In this document: positions 1 through 9,672 of the stretch, piece after piece
Position numbering within the stretch: position 1 is the stretch's first letter
Layout of the letters: the number at the start of each line of letters is the position of its first letter
Source of the DNA: Candidatus Spongiisociaceae bacterium
Lineage (GTDB): Bacteria > Actinomycetota > Acidimicrobiia > Spongiisociales > Spongiisociaceae
Reading direction: 5' to 3'
NCBI GenBank assembly: GCA_965219685.1
Contig: CBDCOH010000002.1
Coordinates: forward strand, 2,400,001 to 2,464,000
Length of the DNA: 64,000 nt
Program-made: the position numbers and the translations under genes
Notes under the pieces: generated by a model
The model's database searches: none
The model's input: only the letters and a program-made list of their open reading frames with translations
Told to the model about the DNA's origin: nothing

Positions 1-602
1 CCCCCGACCCAGTCCCTCAACGCGCCGGCGTCCGTGGGCAGGGGGTCCGCGTCCAGCATTCGCCCGATCCGCGCCTGCTCGGCCACGAACCGGTCGGCTT
101 CCGAAGGCGCCAGGGACCTGGGACCGTATGCCTGGAAGGCGGCCAGGAACGAGTCGGTGAGCACGTTGTGGACCCAGGCCGAGAGGGCGGGCGCGCCTGC
201 CGAGTACGGCAGGCCCCGATGGGATCGCCCGACAACCATCTGGTGGGCGGCACGGACGAGATCGACGGCCCGGGAAACCTCGGGCATGGCGCCGAAAGTG
301 GTAGCGGTCACGTATGCCGAAGTGCGGGACAGACGGCCCAGTGGATCCTCCCTGAACAGCGAGTGGTCGGCCACGCCGGCCACGACCTCGGGATGGGCGC
401 TCTGGATCAGGAGCGCCCGGATGCCTCCCACGAAGGCCGCCACATCCCCTATCAGGGGCCACGAAGCAGATCCAGGGCCGCATACCCCCGGGTCGCCCGG
501 ATAGTCGAGGGTCCTCCGCAGCGGGTACTCGACATGACTGAACAGACCGGCCGTAGACGCTCGGATCCGCGTGCGCAGATAGCCCGGAGTCCCGGCCGCC
601 AC
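1..602 (-). CDS. Oxygenase MpaB/DUF2236 family protein (partial, runs off window start)
   Basis: Hand translation, absent from the ORF track because there is no stop in the window: ...DPGVCGPGSASWPLIGDVAAFVGGIRALLIQSAHPEVVAGVADHSLFREDPLGRLSRT...WVHNVLTDSFL; GTG start just after the anti-sigma stop. Confidence 0.8.
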   Translation of the reverse strand, partial: MAAGTPGYLRTRIRASTAGLFSHVEYPLRRTLDYPGDPGVCGPGSASWPLIGDVAAFVGGIRALLIQSAHPEVVAGVADHSLFREDPLGRLSRTSAYVTATTFGAMPEVSRAVDLVRAAHQMVVGRSHRGLPYSAGAPALSAWVHNVLTDSFLAAFQAYGPRSLAPSEADRFVAEQARIGRMLDADPLPTDAGALRDWVG

Positions 603-609
603 GATCAGA

Positions 610-849
610 TCAGCGGCGAGTCAGGTCGCGAATGGAGCGCCTTATGCGATCGACCATCTCGGGCGGCGCTTCGACTCTGGAATGGTCACGGATGAATCTG
701 AGGAGACGCTGTTCGAACTCGTAGGCCCGCTCGCAGTTCAGGCAACTGCGCAGGTGGAGCCGGATCCGCACTTTGCGGACCGCCCGAATCTCCCCGTCCA
801 GGTACGAGTAGACGCGGGACAACGCTCGGATACAACTCCCTCTATCCAT
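610..849 (-). CDS. rsrA: Zinc-binding anti-sigma factor (RsrA/RshA-like)
   Basis: YSYLDGE and HLRSCLNC (HxxxCxxC ZAS motif); ATG 849 overlaps the 3' end of the sigma gene. Confidence 0.88.
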   Translation of the reverse strand: MDRGSCIRALSRVYSYLDGEIRAVRKVRIRLHLRSCLNCERAYEFEQRLLRFIRDHSRVEAPPEMVDRIRRSIRDLTRR

Positions 850-1426
850 GGTCGAAGTCACCCGTAGAGTCCACGATGCCCTGCTCCCTCGCCGTCTCCC
901 ACAATAACTTCTGCAGCGCCTTTCTTCCACGATGAAGGCGGGACATGACCGTACCGATGGGGATTTCGAGCATGGCGGCGATTTCCTTGTACGAAAAGCC
1001 CTGGATGTCAGCCATCAGGACCGGCATCCGGTAGGGTGCCGGCAGGGAGTCTATGGCGTTCCGCACATCGGCGCCTTCGAGCGCCTCGAACACTTGGTCC
1101 TCGGCCGACCGCGCCACCCTGTTGCCCTCCAGCGGCGCCAGCTTCCGGTAGAGGTACAGGTCTTGGACCTCGTCCAGTTCGACTTCGTGGGGACGGCGCT
1201 GCAGCTTCCGGTAGCGGTTGATAAAGGTATTGGTAAGGATCCTGTAGAGCCAAGCACGCAGGTTGGTGCCCTCGGTGAACCCCTCGTAACCGCGGTACGC
1301 CTTCAAGAACGTCTCCTGCACCAGGTCCTCGGCATCGGCCGGGTTGCGGGTCATCCGGAGCGCGGCCGAGTAGAGCCTGTGGGCGTGTTGGAGCGCATCC
1401 CGCTCGAAGTCTGCCGTATCCGCCAT
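842..1426 (-). CDS. sigH: ECF sigma factor, SigH/SigR-like
   Basis: [68 protein letters not shown]; the longer ORF start overlaps the tRNA, so ATG 1426 is chosen. Confidence 0.9.
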   Translation of the reverse strand: MADTADFERDALQHAHRLYSAALRMTRNPADAEDLVQETFLKAYRGYEGFTEGTNLRAWLYRILTNTFINRYRKLQRRPHEVELDEVQDLYLYRKLAPLEGNRVARSAEDQVFEALEGADVRNAIDSLPAPYRMPVLMADIQGFSYKEIAAMLEIPIGTVMSRLHRGRKALQKLLWETAREQGIVDSTGDFDHG

Positions 1427-1528
1427 CGTCCCACGCCCTGCTCGACTGCCATCAGGCAGATGGCCTCCACACCCCCGCCGAATGATGCGGACCGGATGCC
1501 CGGTGGCAGGGGCGGTGGCGGTCCACCG

Positions 1529-1601
1529 AGCCGGAGAGGGGAATCGAACCCCTGACCTGCTCATTACGAGTGAGCCGCTCTGCCGACTGAGCTACTCCGG
1601 C
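1529..1601 (-). tRNA. tRNA-Thr (anticodon CGT), CCA not encoded
   Basis: GCCGGAG TAGCTCAGTCGGCAGAGC GCTCA-CTCGTAA-TGAGC ... GGTTCGATTCC ... CTCCGGC T folds into a cloverleaf. Confidence 0.95.
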
Positions 1602-1736
1602 GCGATCAATGATCCTAGCCGGAGCGGTCGGCCTACCCTACGGTGCGATCTCCGAGAGATGCGCCAGGTGACGGTCCACACCCCGACCCCGCCATGCCCA
1701 CCACAGGGACGGACCGGTCACCATCCCGGGAGCAGC

Positions 1737-2393
1737 TCAATCGGTGGAGAGCCCATCGGAGGACAGAGACCGTATCTCCCGGTCGAGAACCGAGAAGACC
1801 GCATCCGTGAGAGCTCTCACCCCGTCCGAACCTTCGAATCGGGACGGTTCGATCGGGCAGCCCACCACAACCCGGATGGGTGCCCGCCTGATCCTCATCC
1901 CGTCCAAGGGCATGGCGTGCTGTGTTCCCCACACCGCGACCGGCACGATCGGGACATCGGCGCGGGTCGCAAGCCAGGCCGCGCCCGAGGCGACCGGCGC
2001 CTCTCCCCAGTCACGCACCCGGCGGCCCTCCGGAAACACCCCGACGATCCCGCCCGCCTCGAGGTGGCGCAGAGCCGCCCTGAATGCCCCGACCGGATAG
2101 CGGCGTTCCCTGGGGAACGGGATCGCGCCGAACAGGTTGAAAACCCAGTCGAGGATCACCGCATTACCCCACAGCTCGTCGAGTGCCAGGAACCGGACGG
2201 GCCGACCAAGAGCGAGACCGGCGATCGGCGGATCGAGATGGGACAGGTGGTTGATGGCCGCCACATACGGCCCGGCCGGTGGTCTGCATCGTCTAACCGC
2301 TGAATACGGGAACCAGGCGGCCAGTACCCGGGCCGGCGGCCACGCGAGCCTCCAGAGCGCGCGGCGCGCTAACCCCTCCCAATAGCCGGGCAC
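1737..2393 (-). CDS. Lysophospholipid acyltransferase (PlsC family)
   Basis: NHLSHLD (NHxxxxD) and FPEG motifs, VPIVPV. Confidence 0.88.
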   Translation of the reverse strand: MPGYWEGLARRALWRLAWPPARVLAAWFPYSAVRRCRPPAGPYVAAINHLSHLDPPIAGLALGRPVRFLALDELWGNAVILDWVFNLFGAIPFPRERRYPVGAFRAALRHLEAGGIVGVFPEGRRVRDWGEAPVASGAAWLATRADVPIVPVAVWGTQHAMPLDGMRIRRAPIRVVVGCPIEPSRFEGSDGVRALTDAVFSVLDREIRSLSSDGLSTD

Positions 2394-2399
2394 GCGGCG

Positions 2400-3431
2400 T
2401 CACTCCTCCTGCGACCGCAGCCTCAGCGCTTCGAGTTGCTCGTCCGTCCCGAAGCAGATCAGCAGATCGTCCGCCTGGAATACCAAGTGCAGGGAGGGAT
2501 TCGTAATGAAGGAACCATCCCGGAGCACGGCCAGAACGGAGGCCCCGGTGGTGCTCCGGATTGCGCAGTCCGCCAGCGACCGATCTGCGAACACCGAACC
2601 GGCGGCTACCCTGATCTCGACGAGCCGTACCGCGAAATCGCCGTTGTTCATCACGACGTCCAGGAACTGAGCCACTTCCGGATGCGCGACCAGGGCCGCC
2701 ATTCGCGCCCCACCGATCTGGTCCGGATTGACCACGCGGTCTGCTCCCGCGTGCTGCAGCTTGGCGACCGTGGCGGACTCGTTGGCCCTGGCCACTATGA
2801 AAATGTCCGGGTTGATGTAGCGCGCAGTGAGCGTTATGAACAGGTTGTCGACATCGGAGTCGAGGGCGACGATCAGGGTCTTAGCCTGCCCGAGCCCGGC
2901 TCGGACAAGGACATCGTCGTCAGTGGCATCACCGACCACGACCCGGTGTTGGACACCATGCATGGCCGCCGGCTCATCGCGGTCGACGATTACCACTTCT
3001 TCGCCGGCCCGGATCAACTCGTCCTCGATTGCTTTTCCGACCTGGCCGAATCCGCACAGGACCACATGATCCCTCAACCGCTCGATCCTGCGTTGCATGC
3101 GTCGCCTCCGGAACCGGTCGTCGAGCCTACCTTCGAACATCGTCTCGATGAGGACGCCCAGCGTATACAGGCTGGTGCCAGTGCCGAACAGGATGAGGAA
3201 GACCGTGAAGACCTGGTAACGCTCGGCCACCGGACCTACCTCCCGGTACCCGACGGTGGAGATGGTGATCACGGTCTGGTAAACGGCGTCCAGGAAGTCG
3301 AGACCGAGCGCCACGTAGCCGCCGGTGCCCGCCAGCAGCACCAGAGCGATCACGCCTAGACCCGCTCGGAACCGTCGCCACGGATCCTCGAGAGCATGGG
3401 CGGCCGAAAGCCGCCGGGATATCAACTTCAC
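2400..3431 (-). CDS. Potassium channel with RCK (TrkA-N/TrkA-C) domains
   Basis: Pore motif TISTVGYRE between two TM helices; CGFGQVG Rossmann motif, GDATDD; start at GTG 3431 is uncertain. Confidence 0.85.
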   Translation of the reverse strand: MKLISRRLSAAHALEDPWRRFRAGLGVIALVLLAGTGGYVALGLDFLDAVYQTVITISTVGYREVGPVAERYQVFTVFLILFGTGTSLYTLGVLIETMFEGRLDDRFRRRRMQRRIERLRDHVVLCGFGQVGKAIEDELIRAGEEVVIVDRDEPAAMHGVQHRVVVGDATDDDVLVRAGLGQAKTLIVALDSDVDNLFITLTARYINPDIFIVARANESATVAKLQHAGADRVVNPDQIGGARMAALVAHPEVAQFLDVVMNNGDFAVRLVEIRVAAGSVFADRSLADCAIRSTTGASVLAVLRDGSFITNPSLHLVFQADDLLICFGTDEQLEALRLRSQEE

Positions 3432-3509
3432 GCCAGCGAAGGATAGATACAGTGGCTGGCGGTCACGGACCACAGGACACCGGGCGCGGACCACTCATCA
3501 CTCACCAGC

Positions 3510-4754
3510 TCAGAGTGCTGCGGTCAGTCCGCCGGCGGCTGCAGTGAAAGTCACGACCAACCATGGAGGGAGCTTCCAGAACGCGAGCATTAGGAATGCT
3601 ATGAGTGCCAACCCGAAGTCGGCAGGCCCGAGAATTGCGCTCGACCACAGCGGATCGTAGAGAGCCGACAGCAGAATCCCCACCACCACTGCGTTGACAC
3701 CTCGCAGGACTGCCTGTACACGCGGCCGGGAACGCATAGCCCCGAACGTGGGCAGGGTGGCTACCACGATCAGGAAGGACGGCAGGTAGATGGCGGACAA
3801 GGCGAGGGCGGCGCCCGCCACCCCGTTGGGCTCAGGACCCATGGCGAACCCGATATAGGCCGCGAACGTGAAGATCGGCCCGGGTATGGCCTGAGCTGCG
3901 CCGAAGCCGGCGAGGAACGTCTCCTCGTCGATCCAACCGGACTCCACCACCTCTCGCTCGAGCAACGGCAGGACCACCGGAGCGCCCCCGAACACGAGGG
4001 CGCCCGAACCGTAGAAGGCGTCGGCGGTATCGATGGCGTGAGAATCGAGCGCGGCGCGCACCACCGGCAGCGCCACCAGCAGGCCAACGAACAGCGCAAT
4101 GCTCACCACCGCCGCCCCCCGACCGGCGCCCAACTCACGGGAGCGGGCCACCGGCGTCTCCCGGCGCAGTAGGAACCATCCCAGGATCCCGCCGGCGACT
4201 ATGACCACCACGATGGTCGTGCGCGCCGAGGACGGGAACGCAAGGAGAGCAGCGGTGGCGAGGACGACCATCGAACTCCGCGTCTTGTCAGGAGCCAGTT
4301 GGCGCCACAGTTTCCATACGGCCAAAGCCACCACCGGCACCGCCACGACCACCAGCCCATGGATCCATCCCGCGAGCTGATCGGTCAGCCGTGAGGCCGT
4401 CCATGCGAACGCGGTGAGCAACACGGCAGATGGGAGGGCAAAACCGAGCCACGCCGCGAGGCCGCCCAGCATCCCGCGGCGCATGATGCCGATGGCGATG
4501 GCCAACTTGCTGCTTCCCGCTCCCGGGAACACCTGGGAGAGGGCGACCAGGTCCGCAAACGTCTTGGTGTCGAGCCACCCTCGTCGCTGCACGTACTCGT
4601 CCTCGAAGTACGCGAAGTGGGCCAGCGGACCCCCGAAGGCAACGCACCCCAGCCGAAGAGACACCAGAAAGATCCGGATGGCGGACTCCCGCTCCGGGGC
4701 CGGACCTCCCGCTGCGGATGTACCGACCGGTTCGCGGTCTTGCCTACCGGTCAC
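3510..4754 (-). CDS. chrA: Long-chain chromate efflux transporter (CHR family), copy 1
   Basis: AFGGPLAH, ALSQVFPGAGSS, FGGAPVVLPLL, AQAIPGPIF, YLPSFL. Confidence 0.9.
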   Translation of the reverse strand: MTGRQDREPVGTSAAGGPAPERESAIRIFLVSLRLGCVAFGGPLAHFAYFEDEYVQRRGWLDTKTFADLVALSQVFPGAGSSKLAIAIGIMRRGMLGGLAAWLGFALPSAVLLTAFAWTASRLTDQLAGWIHGLVVVAVPVVALAVWKLWRQLAPDKTRSSMVVLATAALLAFPSSARTTIVVVIVAGGILGWFLLRRETPVARSRELGAGRGAAVVSIALFVGLLVALPVVRAALDSHAIDTADAFYGSGALVFGGAPVVLPLLEREVVESGWIDEETFLAGFGAAQAIPGPIFTFAAYIGFAMGPEPNGVAGAALALSAIYLPSFLIVVATLPTFGAMRSRPRVQAVLRGVNAVVVGILLSALYDPLWSSAILGPADFGLALIAFLMLAFWKLPPWLVVTFTAAAGGLTAAL

Positions 4755-4814
4755 AGAGTCCCTCCGGTGAATGGTCAGTGATTCTCGACCGGGACGATAC
4801 CGACCTCGATGGTC

Positions 4815-5203
4815 TCAGCCGGGAGAAGCCACTCTCCCGCGACCCGGCGCGCCTATCACCTCTCCGCGCTCGTAAACCACCCGGCCCCGCAGGATCGTGC
4901 GATCGATGGCCCCGACAACCGGGCGCCCCGCGTCGGGCGTCCAACCGCACTTGCTGTGCACCAGGTCGTCGCTGATGACCTTCGGAACCCGTCCTCGAGG
5001 GACTCGGAGTGCGTCACATCGGCTTCGATACCGGCAGCAATGCCTCCCGAGTTCCGGAGCCGGGCGGCGGCTCGGGCCGCGGCCCCACCGTCGACGTCCA
5101 GGACAGCTACCCGCCCACCTTCCGCGATGATGTGCTCGGCCACGGCCATCCCGATACCGCCGACCGCTCCTGTGACGACGGTCGCCCTCTCCTCGAGCGT
5201 CAC
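4815..5203 (-). pseudogene. Chimeric remnant: SDR N-terminus fused out of frame to a dihydroorotase/allantoinase C-terminus
   Basis: VVTGAVGGIG...VAVLDVD...ADVT (SDR) stops resembling an SDR near 4985; another frame gives SKCGWTP...TILRGRVVYERGEVIGAPGRG*. Confidence 0.75.
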
Positions 5204-5339
5204 GGCAATCCCGCTCCGGATCCGGAAAGGCTGAGGAGGGCGTGCGGCAGAGGCGCATCGTGTGTGGGATGACCTTGGATCGTGGGCAGCAACCGGCCGT
5301 CTCCGGCAGGCATCTGGACCCTGCAACTACAGTCCACAA

Positions 5340-5373
5340 CGATATCGGATCACGATATCGAGTGTCGAGGGCC
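5340..5373. promoter_or_regulatory. CGATATCG-N5 operator array, site 1
   Basis: CGATATCG gatca CGATATCG agtgt CGAGGGCC in the divergent SDR-remnant/MmgE gap, just after a TACAGT -10-like hexamer. Confidence 0.8.
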
Positions 5374-5394
5374 TTGCGCGGAGGCAAGAACCGG

Positions 5395-6711
5395 ATGGAC
5401 CGCAACCCGCTGGATGTACTCGCCGACCACATACTCGAGCTCAGGTTCGAGGCGATACCCGACCAGGTGATAAGGCAGGCGAAGGCCGTCATACGCCACG
5501 ACCTGGCAGTCGGGATGCTCGGCAGCGGCACCGACGAGGCCCTTAGAGCAGTGGATTTCGCGACTTCGACGGGCAATTCGGGCTCGTCGACCGTAATCGG
5601 GCACCGGATGACACTGGCTCCGATCGACGCGGCGTTCGCCAACGCGGTGATCATGCGCTCGCTCCGGCAGGAGGATTCGATCCTCCCTTCGTTCATCCAC
5701 CCCGGTCCCATGGTCATACCCCCCGCCCTGGCGATCGCCGAAGCACGCGGGCTTGCCGGACACGAGGTGATCACCGCGGTGGTAGCGGCCTACAACGTGC
5801 TCGGAGTGTTGGCCGGATCGGAATGGACGTGGGAGAAGTGCGCCCGCACGCCTTCCCATGTATACGGCGCTTTCGGAGCGGCAGCCGTTTCGGCCCGGCT
5901 CCTGGGTCTGGACCCCGATCAGACGCGAACGGCGCTGGCTTACGCCGGTAACTACGGCGCGATGATCACCCACGGTTTCCACAACCACCAGTACGGCGTC
6001 CTGGCCCGTAACGGTATGACCGCGGCCGGACTCGGGCGAGCTAGGGCCCCTTACAGGGAAGATGCTCTCGAAGGGCCGCACGGCTTCTTCGAAGCCCAGG
6101 TCGGCGCAGTGCGGCCGAGCCTCCACGAGGACCTGCAAGGAGTCGGAAGGCGCTGGGAGATCATGACCGCCGTTCTCAAGCCCTACCCGTGCACGGCGAT
6201 CAACGTGGTACCGCTCACTCTGATTGAAGAGTTGTTGAGACGGGAAGGACTCTCCGCCGACGGGGTTGCCCGGCTGACGGTACGGAGATCGAGAGATTCG
6301 TTCCGCGTTCCCGGGATCAACGACCCTGATCCGCATGCGAAGGAGTTCGGACGGGTCAGTTCGCTGCAGTTCAACCTGGCGGTCATGCTGCTGCGAGGAT
6401 CGGTGACACCGGAGTCTCATAGGGATCCCGACCTCGCCGAACGTGCCGCCGGCCTGGCGGGCATCATCCGGATCGAGCCTTCCGCCTCGACGGACCTACT
6501 CCACCACGAGGTACTCCTGACCGCATCGGACGGACGCCGGTTCCGTGTCTCCGGAGGTGCGGAGGTCCTGGCCGCGCCCCGACCGGTGGCCATCGCGCGG
6601 ATGTATCCCGGGAGCGACTCGACGGCAGCCCGGATCGAACGGATGGTCTCCGAGGTCCATCAACTCGACTCGGCCGACCGCGTAACCGGGTTGATGCGAT
6701 GCGTCGCGTGA
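5395..6711 (+). CDS. MmgE/PrpD family protein (1)
   Basis: IPDQVIRQAK, DAAFANA, IHPGP..IPPALAIAE, LEGPHGFF, KPYPC. Confidence 0.88.
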   Translation: MDRNPLDVLADHILELRFEAIPDQVIRQAKAVIRHDLAVGMLGSGTDEALRAVDFATSTGNSGSSTVIGHRMTLAPIDAAFANAVIMRSLRQEDSILPSFIHPGPMVIPPALAIAEARGLAGHEVITAVVAAYNVLGVLAGSEWTWEKCARTPSHVYGAFGAAAVSARLLGLDPDQTRTALAYAGNYGAMITHGFHNHQYGVLARNGMTAAGLGRARAPYREDALEGPHGFFEAQVGAVRPSLHEDLQGVGRRWEIMTAVLKPYPCTAINVVPLTLIEELLRREGLSADGVARLTVRRSRDSFRVPGINDPDPHAKEFGRVSSLQFNLAVMLLRGSVTPESHRDPDLAERAAGLAGIIRIEPSASTDLLHHEVLLTASDGRRFRVSGGAEVLAAPRPVAIARMYPGSDSTAARIERMVSEVHQLDSADRVTGLMRCVA

Positions 6712-6811
6712 CCACCGGCGCAGCGGGGCCGGGTCGTAACGACCGGTCGGGAGTCACGGCCGCGCTGTTAGCGTGCCCCGAACCCGAACCCCGGCGCGGG
6801 GAGGAGCCGCC

Positions 6812-7180
6812 ATGATGGAAGACCTGATCGCGAATACCTACGACGTGATCGACGCCAACCCGGTCCTCGCGGGCGAGACCTTCCGGGTAACCCACCTTCA
6901 ACGAACCGAGAGATCCACGAGCGCGGTGTGCTCCATCGAGGCGGGCGGGGGCCTACGACCGCACATCCACCACCACCACGACGAGGTCATCGTCTTCCTG
7001 GAAGGCGAAGCCGACTTCCGCCTCGGCGACGAGATACGGCAGGTGAGAGCCGGTGATGTGGCGGTCGTACCGGCCGGAACCGCACACGCCACTATGAACG
7101 CCGCCACCCGTGTGGTCATAGCCGCGGTCTTCGCTCCCAACTTCGATCCCGAGAACGAGGACCGCGAGTACGTCGACTGA
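6812..7180 (+). CDS. Cupin domain protein
   Basis: PHIHHHHDEVIVFLEG and GDVAVVPAGTAH cupin motifs; GGAGGAG RBS. Confidence 0.88.
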   Translation: MMEDLIANTYDVIDANPVLAGETFRVTHLQRTERSTSAVCSIEAGGGLRPHIHHHHDEVIVFLEGEADFRLGDEIRQVRAGDVAVVPAGTAHATMNAATRVVIAAVFAPNFDPENEDREYVD

Positions 7181-7348
7181 CCGTCTGGGTGTCAGGTGAT
7201 TGTACGGATTCCTGACATCTTCGACTGCCGAAGTCGACCGGCATAACGAGCAAGGTGCGGTAGCCGTTTACGGCAACCGGCAACCCGCACCTGACTGCCG
7301 CCGCGGCCGGTTGGGAAGCGAGCCGGTGGGCCACGTAGTGTGGTGCCC

Positions 7349-8554
7349 ATGGCATCGACCGCGCCACCGGATAGGCCGCGCTCCGCCGACGTCTCCCCGG
7401 CAGATCCCGGGTTCCTGGAGCGGATCATCGGTCTGCGGCGAGAATTGCACCGCCATCCGGAACTCTCGGAGCAGGAGGAGCGGACTGCCGGTCTCATCTG
7501 CTCGTTTCTGGAGGAACTCGGAATCCCTTACCGGGCCGGGGTCGGAGGGAACGGTGTGGTGGCGCGTTTGAGCGGCCGCAAGGTCGGGCCCGTGGTGGCC
7601 CTTCGAGCCGATATCGATGCCTTGCCGATACGGGAGGAGACCGGGCTCCCGTTCGCTTCGGCGGTCGAAGGCGTGATGCACGCCTGCGGCCACGACGGCC
7701 ACACCGCCATGCTGATGGGCGCGGCGATTCTGCTCCGCGCAGAGCCTCCCCCTTACCCGGTCCGGCTCCTGTTCCAGCCGGCCGAGGAGCGCGGGAGCGG
7801 GGCGCGGATGATGATCGCGGACGGGGCTATCGACGGGGTATCCGCCGTCTTCGGCGGACACCTGGACATCAACTACCCGGTCGGAACGCTGGTGGTCAGC
7901 GATGGAGCGGTCAACGCAGCGTCCGACTACTTCACGATCCGTATCAAGGGCAGGACGGGACACGCCGCCAGGCCTCACCAAGCGGTGGACGCAGTGGTTG
8001 CCGGGGCGTCGCTGGTGAGCGCACTCCAGACGATCGTCGCTCGAGAGGTAGACCCAGCAGATCCGGCGGTGCTCACGGTGGGAAGTTTCACCGCCGGAAC
8101 CGCCGAGAACGTAATCGCCGGCGCCGCCAGGCTCACTGGGACCATCCGTACCCTCGACCCCGAGGTACGCCGGCATCTCTGTGACTCGGTGGTCCGGATG
8201 GCCACCGCGGTCGCGCAGTTGCATGGCTGCGCGGTGGAACCGGAGGTGCGAGAGGGTAACCCACCAGTCGTCAATGCCCCGGCTATTACGCGGTTGGCCC
8301 GGCAGGCCGCGTCGGCGGTCGTGGAGGACACCGGCTTGCTACAGATGCACACCGTCAACATGGGATCCGAGGACTTCGGGCGATACCTGGAGAGGGTTCC
8401 CGGCTGTTACATCCGGTACGGCGGTCTCACGCCCGGTCATGAACCGTCGCCAGCCCATTCGGGCCGTTTCGACTTCGATGAGCGGGCGCTCGGCATCGGG
8501 GCGCGATGGCTCGACAAGGTCGCACGGGTAGCGGGCGAGGAACTGGCCCGCTAG
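7349..8554 (+). CDS. M20D-family amidohydrolase
   Basis: LHRHPELS, LRADIDALPI, MHACGHDGH, FQPAEE, GSEDF. Confidence 0.93.
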   Translation: MASTAPPDRPRSADVSPADPGFLERIIGLRRELHRHPELSEQEERTAGLICSFLEELGIPYRAGVGGNGVVARLSGRKVGPVVALRADIDALPIREETGLPFASAVEGVMHACGHDGHTAMLMGAAILLRAEPPPYPVRLLFQPAEERGSGARMMIADGAIDGVSAVFGGHLDINYPVGTLVVSDGAVNAASDYFTIRIKGRTGHAARPHQAVDAVVAGASLVSALQTIVAREVDPADPAVLTVGSFTAGTAENVIAGAARLTGTIRTLDPEVRRHLCDSVVRMATAVAQLHGCAVEPEVREGNPPVVNAPAITRLARQAASAVVEDTGLLQMHTVNMGSEDFGRYLERVPGCYIRYGGLTPGHEPSPAHSGRFDFDERALGIGARWLDKVARVAGEELAR

Positions 8555-8558
8555 CTAC

Positions 8559-9671
8559 TCAACCCTCCAGTGCTCGCGTGACCGCCGCCATGAAACGGCG
8601 TCCCTCGGCGCCATCGATTATGCGATGATCGTAGGAGAGGCTGAGGGGAAACTGCCGGACGGCGGCAATGGCGCCATCCCGGACCACCGGACGCGGTTCG
8701 GCACGCCCGACCGAGAGGATGGCGGTGGTTCCGTAGGGGATGATCGGAGTCCCGCGTCCCCCACCGACCGCCCCGATGTTCGAGACGGTGAAGGTCTGGC
8801 CCCTTAGTTCATCAACCTGCAAGGTCCGTTCCTTCGCGCCAGAGGCCAGCCTGCGCACCTCTGCGCCCAGATCCTCGATCGAGAGGGTGTCGGCGTCATG
8901 GACTACCGCAACCATCAGCCCGTCGGGGGTGTCGACCGCGAATCCGATGTCGTAGAACCGGCGTTCGACGATGTCATTACCTTCCACCGCTGAGTTGAAT
9001 CCGGGAAACCGAACCAGCAAGGGGACGAGGCGGGCGATGAGGAGAGCCTCGACCGGTGGCTTGCCGAGACGTCTCCGTTCAGCCATGAGCCGGTCCGAAT
9101 CCGCGTGCCCGTAGGTGGTCACGTGGGGTATCTCCCGCCAGGACCGGGACAGGCTCTCTGCGATTGTCCTGCGGAGGCGGGCCATCGGTATCCGGACCGC
9201 AGGACGGGCGGAGGCGGCCGCCCGCACATCATCTTCGGTGATGCGTCCTAGCGGACCGGTTCCGCGAACCCCTGAGAGGTCCACCCCCAACTCGTCGGCC
9301 AGTTTCCTCACGTAGGGCAGGGCGAGCGGCCGGCGGGGTACTCCAGGATCCGCCTCCGGGAGAACACCTACCACAGGCGCTGACCGCCGCTCAGCGGGCG
9401 GCGGCGCTCCGGGTGCGTGGTCCCAACGCTCACCGGGCTCCCCGATCACCGCGAGGAGCGAATCGACCTCCACCGTTTCCCCGTCCTCCCCGCCTCGGTG
9501 CAACAGAACACCCGCGAACGGCGAAGGTATGTCGACGATCGCCTTGTCGGTCTCCACCTCGACCAGCGGTTCGTCGAGCCCGACCCGTGCGCCCACCTCC
9601 ACGTACCAGGAGACGATCGTCGCCTCCACGAGACCCTCGCCCACGTCGGGAAGGTGGAATTCTCGCGCCAT
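8559..9671 (-). CDS. pdhC: 2-oxoacid dehydrogenase E2 (dihydrolipoamide acyltransferase)
   Basis: Lipoyl domain EVETDKA, GTGPLGRITEDDV, SYDHRIIDG. Confidence 0.92.
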   Translation of the reverse strand: MAREFHLPDVGEGLVEATIVSWYVEVGARVGLDEPLVEVETDKAIVDIPSPFAGVLLHRGGEDGETVEVDSLLAVIGEPGERWDHAPGAPPPAERRSAPVVGVLPEADPGVPRRPLALPYVRKLADELGVDLSGVRGTGPLGRITEDDVRAAASARPAVRIPMARLRRTIAESLSRSWREIPHVTTYGHADSDRLMAERRRLGKPPVEALLIARLVPLLVRFPGFNSAVEGNDIVERRFYDIGFAVDTPDGLMVAVVHDADTLSIEDLGAEVRRLASGAKERTLQVDELRGQTFTVSNIGAVGGGRGTPIIPYGTTAILSVGRAEPRPVVRDGAIAAVRQFPLSLSYDHRIIDGAEGRRFMAAVTRALEG

Positions 9672-9672
9672 C

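Noticed and set aside
1529-1601. tRNA-Thr as the integration site of the cluster
   Set aside because: No integrase or transposase, no duplicated tRNA 3' end seen, and housekeeping-type genes lie between the tRNA and the cluster
3235-3270. K+ channel filter TVGYRE instead of TVGYGD
   Set aside because: Similar variants are, to my recollection, common in RCK-type bacterial channels; not evidence of novelty
4795-4814. CGATACCG acct CGATGGTC upstream of chrA copy 1
   Set aside because: Spacing is 12 rather than 13 bp and the match is weak
7609-7616. Single CGATATCG inside the amidohydrolase gene
   Set aside because: Encodes the conserved ADID motif and has no partner at 13-bp spacing
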